Assembly: GCA_041946805.1 (NCBI GenBank)
Contig: JBHGBC010000023.1
Location: forward strand, 10,337 to 74,336
Direction of reading: 5' to 3'
Origin: a bacterium
Lineage (GTDB): Bacteria; Hinthialibacterota; Hinthialibacteria; Hinthialibacterales; Hinthialibacteraceae
DNA length: 64,000 nucleotides
Below, one piece after another: positions 1 to 9,217 of this stretch. A program made the position numbers and the translations under genes. Positions within the stretch are counted from its first letter, which is position 1; each line of letters opens with the position of its first letter. Below the pieces are notes generated by a model. That model saw only the letters and a list, made by a program, of their open reading frames with translations. It ran no database searches and was not told where the DNA came from.

Positions 1-1
1 G

Positions 2-175
2 GGCGACGGCCGGGGGAATTTCACCACCCTGCAGGTCTCCAGTGGCATCGGCCTGCATGAATCCAAAATCGCCGACCTGGACGGCGACGGCGACTATGAC
101 ATCCTCGGCAAACCCTACAACTGGCAAACTCCGCGGCTGGACATCTGGCTGAACCTGCTCCAACCACGGCCGTAA
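2..175 (+). CDS. 3' end of an FG-GAP/VCBS repeat protein (truncated by the window edge)
   Basis: Frame 2 reads GDGRGNFTT...IADLDGDGDYDILGKPYNW...DIWLN, with FG-GAP-like DxDGDGDxD Ca-binding motifs; stop TAA at 173-175. Confidence 0.75.
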   Translation, partial: GDGRGNFTTLQVSSGIGLHESKIADLDGDGDYDILGKPYNWQTPRLDIWLNLLQPRP

Positions 176-364
176 GTTAAAACCTACGGCTACTCAAAGG
201 AATACCCTGCGGGAATGAAATGCTCTTGCTGGATCAACACGGGTGAATAAAGATCAGCTCAGCGGGAGAGGGGTTCCAACCGGCACACCTCCGTGACAAA
301 TCCCACGCGCCGGTTTTAAAATGTGTCTAAAACGGAATCAGAAACCGGGAAAGAGGGCCGGAGC

Positions 365-571
365 ATGAAATTCCAAGTCCACATTCGCTGGGATGAAGCC
401 GCCAGGGAGTATTATGTCCACACCCTGGGCGAGCCGGACTGTTTCGCGGCGGGGAAAAGCCGCGAGGAAGCGCTGGAAAACATCCGGGGCGAAATCCGGT
501 ACCGCGTGGAATATTGCCCATGCGCCTGGGTTTCCGACGATTACGTGCAACTGGACATCCTGGAAGGATAA
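365..571 (+). CDS. Small HicB/UPF0150-like fold protein with a C-terminal CPC motif
   Basis: MKFQVHIRWDE..YYVH..GEPDCFAAGKSREEALENIR matches the HicB N-terminal pattern (PxCxxxGxxxEEAxxN); it sits 13 bp upstream of ypdA. Confidence 0.6.
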   Translation: MKFQVHIRWDEAAREYYVHTLGEPDCFAAGKSREEALENIRGEIRYRVEYCPCAWVSDDYVQLDILEG

Positions 572-584
572 GAGTGCTGTCCGA

Positions 585-1589
585 GTGGCTGGATACGACG
601 TGATCATCATCGGAGCGGGTCCCATTGGGATCGCGTGCGCGGTGGAAGCCCGGCGGCGCGGATTGCGGCACCTGGTGCTGGAAAAAGGCTGCCTGGTGAA
701 CTCGATTTACCACTACCCGGTCAATATGCGCTTCTTTTCCACACCCGATCTGCTGGAAATCGCGGGCATCCCCTTCGTGTGCCAGGGTGAAAAGCCCACC
801 CGAGCGGAAGCCCTGGAGTATTACCGCCGCTTGGTGGAGTTCTTCACGTTGGAGATCCATCTTTATGAGGAGGTACTCGATATCCAAGGCGGGGACGGCG
901 CATTCCGCGTGGTGACCCGCAAGGGAGAGTACGGCGCGGCCAAAATCATCCTGGCCACGGGATTTTTCGACCGCCCCCGGCTGATGCGGGTCCCCGGCGA
1001 GGAGCTGGACAAGGTCAGCCACTATTACCGGGAGCCGCACCCCTACGCGCATCAGGATCTGTTGATCGTGGGCAGCGGCAATTCGTCAGCCATCGCCGCC
1101 CTGGAATGCCATCGCCATCACGCGCGTGTCACGGTGGCCATTCGGGGAGAGGATTTTCACGAAGGAGTGAAATACTGGATCCTGCCCGATATGAAAAACC
1201 GCATCAAGGACAAAGAAATCACCGCCTATTTTCAAACCCAAGTCGTGGAAATCAAACCGGCCTTGGTGGTGCTGAGCAATTCAATTCATGGATCCTTTGA
1301 AATCCCCAACGATTTCGTCCTGGCCCTGACCGGCTACGAGCCCGACTACGATTTTTTACACCGGATCGGCATCCCCGAGCGGGACGACGACAGCCGCACT
1401 CCGGCGCATAATCCCGTGACCTACGAAACCCGCCGGCCGGGGATCTACTTGGCGGGCGTGGTGGTGGGCGGCCGACGCACCAACCAATGGTTCATCGAGA
1501 ACAGCCGCGCGCATCCGGCGGCCATCTTCGACCACTTGCTAGCCCACTCGCTCCCTGCCGAAGCAATGCCGCACCCGAAGTCCAGATGA
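585..1589 (+). CDS. ypdA: YpdA-family FAD/NADPH oxidoreductase (putative bacillithiol disulfide reductase)
   Basis: IIIGAGPIG, EKGCLVNSIYHYP, FFSTPDLLEI, KPTRAEALEYYR and WFIENSR motifs; GTG start at 585 inferred. Confidence 0.85.
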   Translation: MAGYDVIIIGAGPIGIACAVEARRRGLRHLVLEKGCLVNSIYHYPVNMRFFSTPDLLEIAGIPFVCQGEKPTRAEALEYYRRLVEFFTLEIHLYEEVLDIQGGDGAFRVVTRKGEYGAAKIILATGFFDRPRLMRVPGEELDKVSHYYREPHPYAHQDLLIVGSGNSSAIAALECHRHHARVTVAIRGEDFHEGVKYWILPDMKNRIKDKEITAYFQTQVVEIKPALVVLSNSIHGSFEIPNDFVLALTGYEPDYDFLHRIGIPERDDDSRTPAHNPVTYETRRPGIYLAGVVVGGRRTNQWFIENSRAHPAAIFDHLLAHSLPAEAMPHPKSR

Positions 1590-2197
1590 GGTGAAGCGGG
1601 ACTGGTCCCCTAGAATGGATTCACGCGCGGCCCGTATCCCATCATGATCCGGGCCCTCTTGCGCAGCGTGGAAGACAGATCCCGGCAAGAGTTCCGTATT
1701 CGCGGTATTATTTATATATATAAAACATTATTTCAAAAAGAACGCCTGGCTTCTGGCGACCAAGCGTTTTCAGGGGGGAATTGGATGAAGATGTTACAAA
1801 ATTGGTTTAGCTTTGAAATATTTTCACACCTATTTAGCGTTAGACATGCAAACTGGCTTCCGGTCCGCAGTCGGAAAAACAAAATCATTATAGAGGGTAA
1901 TTGATTTCGTCAAATCAGGGAATTAATTCTTTTTTTGTCAGGATTTTCCCGATAGATGCTTCCGAAAAATCTTACATCTCATCACTCCATGCCGCCATGC
2001 GCGGATGAGAATCCCTGGAGATGACTACCATAAGTATTTGTATTTGAATAAGTTATGCGCGTGTATCGTGGAATCTGCCTTCCGCGGATACAATAGTCCT
2101 GTCCCCTTGGCTCAAGATCGGCCCGGCGGCGGCCGAGGGTGGAATGAATTCGAATATCGATAATTGATAAGAAAAATGAACCATCCGGATGGAAACG

Positions 2198-2758
2198 ATG
2201 TCTAGAATCTGGAAAACACTGAACTCGGAAATCATCTTGCGGACGCCAGGCGTGGATGTGCGGCGGGATTGCGTGGAACTGCGCAACGGCAACATTATCG
2301 ACTATTACGTCTTCGAAATCCGGGAATGGGCCTCGATCGTACCCATAACCGAGGATGGAAAACTGGTGCTGGTCGAGCAATACCGCCATGCCTGCGGGGG
2401 GATCACCATCGAATTTCCCGCGGGGCTTGTCGATCCCAACGACGCGTCGCCGCTGGACACCGCCCGGCGCGAGTTGGAGGAAGAAACCGGCTACACCAGC
2501 GAGGAGTGGACGTTTCTGGGAAAATTCCAGCTGGGGCCTTCCAAAATCCGCAACGCCTTTCACCTCTATTGCGCGCGGAATTGCAAACTGACCGGCGCGC
2601 AGAACCTGGATGAGACAGAAGACATCCGGGTAGTCACGGTGACCGTGGAAGAGTTTCAAAAACTGTTCGAGTGCGGTAAAATCACCGATGTCGATTCGGC
2701 CATCGGCTGGCTGCTATGCCGCTCCAACGGCATCCTGACCTCTCCCTGCCCGGCTTGA
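2198..2758 (+). CDS. NUDIX hydrolase (ADP-ribose pyrophosphatase-like)
   Basis: Nudix box AGLVD...[11 protein letters not shown], plus LVEQYRH and LDETEDI. Confidence 0.85.
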   Translation: MSRIWKTLNSEIILRTPGVDVRRDCVELRNGNIIDYYVFEIREWASIVPITEDGKLVLVEQYRHACGGITIEFPAGLVDPNDASPLDTARRELEEETGYTSEEWTFLGKFQLGPSKIRNAFHLYCARNCKLTGAQNLDETEDIRVVTVTVEEFQKLFECGKITDVDSAIGWLLCRSNGILTSPCPA

Positions 2759-2909
2759 GCGGAGCGGATTCTCTTTCTCCAAGGAGCGGCCCGCCGGCCG
2801 CCCTTACACTCCATATGTGTCATCCCTCCCGTGGGAACATGCCGCCTTGCGCTACAGCCATCCGAGATGATCTCCTGCATTCACACAATTCAGGAATGGA
2901 AATGGTCTA

Positions 2910-3524
2910 TCACGATCCGCCCGCGGCCGCGCTGGCGCTTTGGATTTCCGGACTGGCGCTGGAGGGAAAGCCGAAGATCCGCGCCTCGTTAACCGCCAGG
3001 ATGAATTTGTAATTATCGAAGTCCATGAATCCCCCCAGCACGCCCGAAAAGTTGATCACTTCATCGGTCCGGAGTTGGGCGGCTACTCCGGCCGGGATGT
3101 TTTGCAGCACCACGTCAGGCAAAAAGTAGCGGGGATCTTTTTGCTCGAGATCCATTTCCACTACCAGCCGCGCCTGGTCCGAGGCCGGGATGGGCAGTAT
3201 TTGCACAATCCGCCCCACCCAGCCGCCGATGGCCTTCCCCGATAAATTGTGGCCGTATTTGGCCAGTTTGTCCGGTTCATGAATGATTTCCTTGTTGGCC
3301 CGGATGCCGGGAAAATCGGGTCCGCTCAGCCCGGGCGTCGGCACGGGGGTGGGCGCCGGCGTGGGTGAGGGCGTGGGCTGGCTCACCGTGGGTTGTGCAT
3401 CGTTCAGGGTGGTTGGCTGATCCGGTTTCCCGCACGCCTGGAACCATGCCAATGCGGCCAGGAACAAAATCCACGCGAACGCGAGTTGCTGTGAAGACGA
3501 AAGAGTCATCGATTTTTCCTTCAT
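2910..3524 (-). CDS. Putative lipoprotein with a Pro/Thr linker and a possible OB-fold domain
   Basis: Hydrophobic leader ending in FQAC (lipobox-like), PTPSPTPAPTPVPTP linker, beta-rich C-terminal domain. Confidence 0.55.
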   Translation of the reverse strand: MKEKSMTLSSSQQLAFAWILFLAALAWFQACGKPDQPTTLNDAQPTVSQPTPSPTPAPTPVPTPGLSGPDFPGIRANKEIIHEPDKLAKYGHNLSGKAIGGWVGRIVQILPIPASDQARLVVEMDLEQKDPRYFLPDVVLQNIPAGVAAQLRTDEVINFSGVLGGFMDFDNYKFILAVNEARIFGFPSSASPEIQSASAAAGGS

Positions 3525-3683
3525 CGCTCGAATTTCAAAAGAATCCAGAATTCACGCGGAGAGGGTTTTTTCTCAGTGTTATTTTGTTCCGTTCCCGCGC
3601 GTCTTCAAGATAAACGGACGAACCGGGACAAGGTCCCGCTCAATGAAAAACCGATATGAAATTTTCTGCTTTCAGTGATTCGC

Positions 3684-4019
3684 TCATAGGAGTTTCAAGC
3701 CGTTGGGAACAGGGCGTTCGGGTTGTGCGAGAACCACGACACCCTCTTCGGGAATGAATCCGGTGATCAACACCTCGGAAGTGAAATCGGCCACTTTTTT
3801 CGGAGGAAAATTCACGACGCAGATCACCTGTTTCCCGAGCAAGGCTTCCTTCGTGTAGAGTTTCGTAATCTGGGCGCTGGATTGGCGGACGCCAAATTCA
3901 CCCAGGTCCACCCGGATTTTATAGGCCGGTTTGCGGGCCTTGGAAAACTCCTCCACGGCGATGATGGTTCCCACGCGGATTTCCACTCTTTCAAAGTCCT
4001 GCCAGGTAATTGGTTCCAT
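3684..4019 (-). CDS. csaA: CsaA tRNA-binding protein / secretion chaperone
   Basis: [29 protein letters not shown] and VVNFPPK motifs; 111 aa. Confidence 0.9.
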   Translation of the reverse strand: MEPITWQDFERVEIRVGTIIAVEEFSKARKPAYKIRVDLGEFGVRQSSAQITKLYTKEALLGKQVICVVNFPPKKVADFTSEVLITGFIPEEGVVVLAQPERPVPNGLKLL

Positions 4020-4264
4020 CTCGCTTACACAATCTCACTGATCGATGGCGGTGATAGGGGAATGAGACCGGATGATAGCCTGGTTTCATCCCGGGATCGA
4101 TGGGATGCCGCGCCGCGCAGGGAGCCCACACTTCATTCCCGGGAGCCTGCTCCCATTTCGGAACCCCCATAGGCGTCCTCAGCAGGCCATGGTACGATGA
4201 AAAAGCATCCGGTTGCGGGTTGAACTTCTCCCGGCCGGGATATTCTGGATGGGGTGAATGGATC

Positions 4265-5716
4265 ATGACGCGTATGAATATCGGTTTCACGAGCCTGATG
4301 CACCGGCGTCATTTCGGCCTGACGATGGGCATGATCGCGGGCGGCCTGCTGGCGGGTCCCGGGATGAAACCGGCCCAATCGGCGGCAAGCGGGATAGACA
4401 CCCGCCCGCCCGCGCGGGTGATGGGGGCGTTTTTGTATCCGCCGACGGAACAGCTACGGAAGGAAGGCTATTTCAGCTGGCCGGGTTCGACCTTTGACGC
4501 CGAGGGGCGGCAAGCCCAGTACATGCGGAGCCTGCGCGAGATCGAGAGCGGCCTGGGGATGCGCATCGAAATGGCCGACCAACCAGTGGACGGCGAGGAG
4601 AGCATTCTCCGGTTTATCCAGGCAGTTCAGGAAACCAAACCGGACGGTTTACTGCTGATCCCCTTCAAAAAAAGCCATTTTGAAGCCGTGTTGCGGATCT
4701 TGAAGGAAGCGCCGGTCCCCGCGGTGGTCTTCGCCACGCAGGGCATCCTGCTGAACGCGCACATCCAAACGCTGCGCGGCCAGCCGGGCGTATACCTGAT
4801 CAATTCCCTGGACAACCTCGATGCGGTGCGGCGGGGGATGAAGATGATCCGCGCGGGGCGCCGGATGAAGGACAGCCTCATCGTGAATATCGATGGCGCG
4901 GAGACCCGGGAAACCCAAGCGCCGCCTTGGGGCACGCGGATCCGGACGATTCCCCACCAGCGGTTTTACTCGGCCTTCCAGGCCATGCCGGCCACGGACG
5001 AGGTTCAGCGCCTGGCCCGGGAGTTTCTGCGGAATGCTGTCCAGCGGGTGGAACCGTCCGAAGCCGACGTTCTCGAGGCCGCCAAGACCTACTTCGTCTT
5101 CAAGCAGATCCTCGAAAGTGAACAAGCGCACGCGGTGATGATGAACTGCCTGCCCGGGCTGCGCGAACCGCATCAACACGTCCCCCCGTGCATGGGTTAC
5201 ATGAACCTGCGCGACGAAGGCATCCCCGCGGGCTGCGAATCGGACTTGGACGCGACCCTGACCCTGCTGTTGATCCAGGAATTGTTCGACCGGCCGGGCT
5301 TCCAGCACAATCCCTCCATGGACACGGAGTACAACCGCTACTTCGGGGCGCATTGCACCTGCGCGTCGCGGATGAGCGGGAAGGACGGCGCGCCCGAACG
5401 GTACTGCCTGCGCAGCCACGCGGAGGCCGGCTGGGGCTGCGTTCCCCAGGTGTTGTTTCCCCTGGGGCAGGAAGTGACCTTCGGAAAATTGCTGTCCAGC
5501 GAGACTCCGCCCCGGATGCTGGTCTACGGCGGCAAAATCGCGGGCTGTCCCCCCAATCCCCCCGCCGGCGGCTGCCGCACTAATCTGGAACTGGAACTTG
5601 ATGAACTGGAAGACGCGCGGGATGTGAAGGGCCATCACCTCTGCCTGTTCTACGGCCGGCACGCGCGGGACCTGCGGATCTTCTGCCAGTTGTACCAAAT
5701 CCAGGCCGTGTCGTGA
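4265..5716 (+). CDS. Tat-signal protein with an L-fucose/L-arabinose isomerase-like domain
   Basis: HRRHF twin-arginine motif followed by a hydrophobic stretch; PCMG..LRDEGIPAGCESD, GAHCT and GCRT motifs of the fucose-isomerase-like fold; exact start uncertain. Confidence 0.6.
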   Translation: MTRMNIGFTSLMHRRHFGLTMGMIAGGLLAGPGMKPAQSAASGIDTRPPARVMGAFLYPPTEQLRKEGYFSWPGSTFDAEGRQAQYMRSLREIESGLGMRIEMADQPVDGEESILRFIQAVQETKPDGLLLIPFKKSHFEAVLRILKEAPVPAVVFATQGILLNAHIQTLRGQPGVYLINSLDNLDAVRRGMKMIRAGRRMKDSLIVNIDGAETRETQAPPWGTRIRTIPHQRFYSAFQAMPATDEVQRLAREFLRNAVQRVEPSEADVLEAAKTYFVFKQILESEQAHAVMMNCLPGLREPHQHVPPCMGYMNLRDEGIPAGCESDLDATLTLLLIQELFDRPGFQHNPSMDTEYNRYFGAHCTCASRMSGKDGAPERYCLRSHAEAGWGCVPQVLFPLGQEVTFGKLLSSETPPRMLVYGGKIAGCPPNPPAGGCRTNLELELDELEDARDVKGHHLCLFYGRHARDLRIFCQLYQIQAVS

Positions 5717-6052
5717 ACCTCTCCCGCGGCGGAAATCTAGCCCGAACTTAAAGCTGACACGATTCACTATGTCCTTTCGGTTTTTCTGCTTCCTCCCCTG
5801 AAAAGCCGTCCGGCGCGGCTCAACCTCCGCCGCCTGCCGCAAAGTCCTCCCGCCGTCCGGCGCCTCCTTTCTTGCGAATTCCCGCCAGCACCCTGAATCT
5901 GATCGCTAAACTGATTCATTATTAATCAGTTAAATGTATTATGATCATTTGATTATTTTATGATGTCATGATATATTTATTTCAATACGAATCGATCATG
6001 ATCTTACAAATTAGATCATATGATCGAAAAAATCAGAAAGGGGAGCAAGAGA

Positions 6053-8077
6053 ATGGCACAGCGGTTTTGGATGATGCTCGGATGCGCCGCGTTGGTGCTG
6101 GCGGTCCTGCCCGCCGGGCACGCGCAGCAGCCGGGCGACGTCTACATGTGGGAATTCAACGAAGGCGGCGGGGACACGGTGACCGACAACAGCGGCGCGT
6201 TTCCGGCGCAGGTCGGATTGCCGCTGGATTCAACTCAGGCGCCGGCCTCCAGCCCGGATTCGCCCTCCGGAGCGGCGGGCGACCGCTCGGTGGTGGTGAA
6301 CGGGGGTCTGACCGTGGATGACACGGACGGCCCCGTGCTCGCCATTCAGGACGGTCCCATCACCATGGAAGCCTGGATCCGCTTGCAGGGCTTGAACGCC
6401 ACCAACGGCATCCTGGCCTACGGCGCGTCGTACAAGATGGGCATCAACAACGGCATGTTCGTCTGGACGTTTTACGGCGTCGAGGACGTGGACAGCGGCG
6501 TTCCCATCGAGGCCGACGACACCTGGCATCATGTCGCCATGGCCTGGGAACCGGGCGTGGGCGTGCATTTTTATCTCGACGGGCAACTCGCCGGGACCAC
6601 GGAGACGGCCAACACCGGCCGCGCGCCGCAGAACAGTCTGCTGAACATCGGCAGCGAGACGGCCGGCGGCAGTCCCTTGGCGGGCCAGATCGACCGGGCG
6701 AGGATTCATCACGCCTTGCTGGACGTTGCCCAGCTGGACAGCGACCGTGCGGCGCCGAAAGCGCCGATGGCCACCACCGTGGTGGCGTATGACTTCAACG
6801 AAGCCCAACTGCCCTTCGCGAATGGAACTGCCGCGGTCCGGCCCGCGGTGAGCACCGCCGAATTGAACGCCTCCACCACCCGTCCGGCGTTTGTCCTCGA
6901 TTCCCCCAAGGGAACCGCCGGCGATTATTCGCTGTATTTCGACGGCAACGACCGGGTCATCTTCGTGGATGACAAGGACATCCTGCAGTTCATTGATGAA
7001 AGTGTCACATTTGAAACCTGGTTGAAGATCGACGGGACGCAGCCCTCGAACCGCGCCATTCTCTTCGCCTACGGCGTGGGAGGCGCAAACGGCTATTCGT
7101 TCTCGTTCCGGGACAACGGGGCCAAGCCCGCGGCGGACCCGGATTCACCCTCCGGCCAGGCGGGCGATTACTCGGTAAAAGCGAACAAAGGGCTGATCGT
7201 GGATGATTCGGTGAATCCCGTACTGGCCATCCAGGACGGCCCCATGACCCTCGAAGCGTGGATCAAACTAGAAAGCCTGAATCAGACCAACGACATCCTC
7301 TCTTACGGCGACACTTACAAGATCGGCATTAACAACGGCGTGTTCGTCTACACTTTCCGGGATGTGGAAGACGTGCTGAGCGGAGTGGCCGCCACCGCCG
7401 ACAACCAGTGGCATCACATCGCCATGGCCTGGGAGCCGGGTGTGGGCGTGACGTTTTACCTCGACGGCGCGCAAGCGGCTTTCGTGGAAACCGCCAGCGC
7501 GCACCGGGAACTGCAGTCGAACATCCTGTATCTCGGGACCGGCGCGGGCGGCAGCGTCTTGCCGGGGTGGATCGACCGCGTGCGGATTCACCACGCCGTC
7601 TTGACCGCGGACCAGTTGGACAGCGACGCGGCCCATCCCAAGGCGCCGTTGAGCAGCACGCTCGCGTCGTACCCCTTTGACGAAGGCCGGCTGCCTTATC
7701 AGAACCAGGCCGGCGCCAACCTTCCCGCGGACAACACGCTCGGGCGGTTCACGATGACGGTCACCACCTACGGCATCTTGGATGCCCACTCGACCGCCGA
7801 GATTCCCAATGACGGGCAATGGCACCACGTGGCGGCGGTGCACGATGTGTTCCAGGAATTCCGGTTTTACGTGGACGGCCGGCTGAAGGAAACCATGGCG
7901 TATGACGGCGGCGTCCGGTTCGCGGACGTGTATGAATTCCTGATCGGCCACGAACAGGGTGGCGGTAATCCTTACAAGGGATTCATGGACCGCGTGAAAA
8001 TCACCCGCGGGGTGTTGACCGAAACCGCTCTCGATTATTTCGAGCCGGCGGCGGTGGAGCAGTGGCCGTTGTTCTAG
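6053..8077 (+). CDS. Secreted protein with three LamG/concanavalin A-like domains
   Basis: Signal peptide ending GHA|QQ; repeated (T/M)EAWI, WHHVA and FYLDG/FYVDG motifs; internal duplication; ends VEQWPLF. Confidence 0.8.
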   Translation: MAQRFWMMLGCAALVLAVLPAGHAQQPGDVYMWEFNEGGGDTVTDNSGAFPAQVGLPLDSTQAPASSPDSPSGAAGDRSVVVNGGLTVDDTDGPVLAIQDGPITMEAWIRLQGLNATNGILAYGASYKMGINNGMFVWTFYGVEDVDSGVPIEADDTWHHVAMAWEPGVGVHFYLDGQLAGTTETANTGRAPQNSLLNIGSETAGGSPLAGQIDRARIHHALLDVAQLDSDRAAPKAPMATTVVAYDFNEAQLPFANGTAAVRPAVSTAELNASTTRPAFVLDSPKGTAGDYSLYFDGNDRVIFVDDKDILQFIDESVTFETWLKIDGTQPSNRAILFAYGVGGANGYSFSFRDNGAKPAADPDSPSGQAGDYSVKANKGLIVDDSVNPVLAIQDGPMTLEAWIKLESLNQTNDILSYGDTYKIGINNGVFVYTFRDVEDVLSGVAATADNQWHHIAMAWEPGVGVTFYLDGAQAAFVETASAHRELQSNILYLGTGAGGSVLPGWIDRVRIHHAVLTADQLDSDAAHPKAPLSSTLASYPFDEGRLPYQNQAGANLPADNTLGRFTMTVTTYGILDAHSTAEIPNDGQWHHVAAVHDVFQEFRFYVDGRLKETMAYDGGVRFADVYEFLIGHEQGGGNPYKGFMDRVKITRGVLTETALDYFEPAAVEQWPLF

Positions 8078-8088
8078 CATGGCAAGGC

Positions 8089-8126
8089 AGGGGAAGGGGG
8101 GCTTCGCGCCTCCCTTCCCTTTTTTA
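8089..8126 (+). terminator. Rho-independent terminator
   Basis: GGGAAGGGGGGC / GCCTCCCTTCCC stem followed by a T-run, just after the LamG gene stop. Confidence 0.75.
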
Positions 8127-8208
8127 CTTGCCGCGCCGCTTACGTCTCCCCGGCGGACAATTACACTGTAAAGAGATACAGGCAAAGGAAGGTGATACCG
8201 CTTAAACC

Positions 8209-8769
8209 GTGAAAAACAGCGCAGGTTTTACCCTCATTGAATTGTTGATTGTCGTGGCGATCATCGGCATATTGGCCGCCATCGCCGTGCCCAATTTTCT
8301 CAACGCCCAAATCCGCGCCAAGGTCGCGCGCGCCGAAGCCGATGAACGCTCGATCGGCACGGCCTTGGAATGCTACCGGCTGGACCATAACGCCTATCCC
8401 CTGGGCGGCGCCACCACCGGCGTGATGTTCGGGTTGGACCGGCTGACCACCCCCACGCCGTATATGTCCGCGCTCCCCACGGATCCGTTCGAATTCAAAA
8501 CCACGGTCACCGCGGGCGGATACGGTTGGTTCCCGGATATCATCCCCAATTACGTTTATTTGTATGCCAAGGGAGGCGACGCCTCCCTCAGCCGGGATTA
8601 TTTCTACAACACCGGCAAAATGCAAAGCCCCACCGCGGCTCCGCCCTCGATCGTGGACATGTGGCAGCTGCGCAGCCTGGGCCCCAACGGCCAGGGCGAT
8701 TATGCCTTGGCGTACAGCCCCACCAACGGCCTGGTCAGCATCGGCGATATCTGCCGGTTCGGGCCGTAA
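8209..8769 (+). CDS. Prepilin-type N-terminal cleavage/methylation domain protein (GspG-like), paralogue 1
   Basis: AG|FTLIELLIVVAIIGILAAIAVPNF, YRLD..YP and SLGPNG motifs. Confidence 0.85.
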   Translation: MKNSAGFTLIELLIVVAIIGILAAIAVPNFLNAQIRAKVARAEADERSIGTALECYRLDHNAYPLGGATTGVMFGLDRLTTPTPYMSALPTDPFEFKTTVTAGGYGWFPDIIPNYVYLYAKGGDASLSRDYFYNTGKMQSPTAAPPSIVDMWQLRSLGPNGQGDYALAYSPTNGLVSIGDICRFGP

Positions 8770-8834
8770 TGATGATGTGGAAAGGATTCGCGCGCCAGCA
8801 CATAACCCATCCAATCCGCAATCTCCCTTCTCTT

Positions 8835-8866
8835 CCCTCTCCCTCTGGGAGAGGGCCGGGGTGAGG
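8835..8866. repeat. REP-like hairpin, family A (CCCTCTCCC-n3-GGGAGAGGG plus GGTGAGG)
   Basis: Palindromic repeat with similar copies at ~14072, 14891, 14941, 21032, 21191, 22906, 33858, 38613, 39631, 50771, 61549 and 63942. Confidence 0.85.
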
Positions 8867-9217
8867 AAGCCCTCCAGGCATTCCGCTTGATCCCTCTCCA
8901 CGATTTCCTCCACGTCCCTTTCAAGTGGCCGCCGGCAACATTGCCAGGAATGCCTCCCGGGGGAGGAATCCACCCCCGTGCCATTCTTTTTTTGGCATGG
9001 AATTGCCGTTTTCCGGGCAAGAGGTATACTTCCCGCTCGGATTTTTTCCTGCCGGTCAAGGGTAGTCCACCACGAATCGTATCCTTGTTGGAATTGACTT
9101 CACCAAACCGGAATCGAATCCTCCGTCAATCGGAAGCAAGCCCAAAAAACAGGAGACTCCATGCGTCCCGAATCCATGTTGTTGGAAACGTTCCCCACCG
9201 AGGTAGAAGATACCGCC

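Noticed and set aside
365..571. HicAB toxin-antitoxin system
   Set aside because: There is no hicA-like ORF on either side, and the protein lacks a DNA-binding domain.
1644..1904. 86-aa ORF in the AT-rich intergenic region
   Set aside because: It has no recognisable motif and atypical composition; it is more likely promoter DNA.
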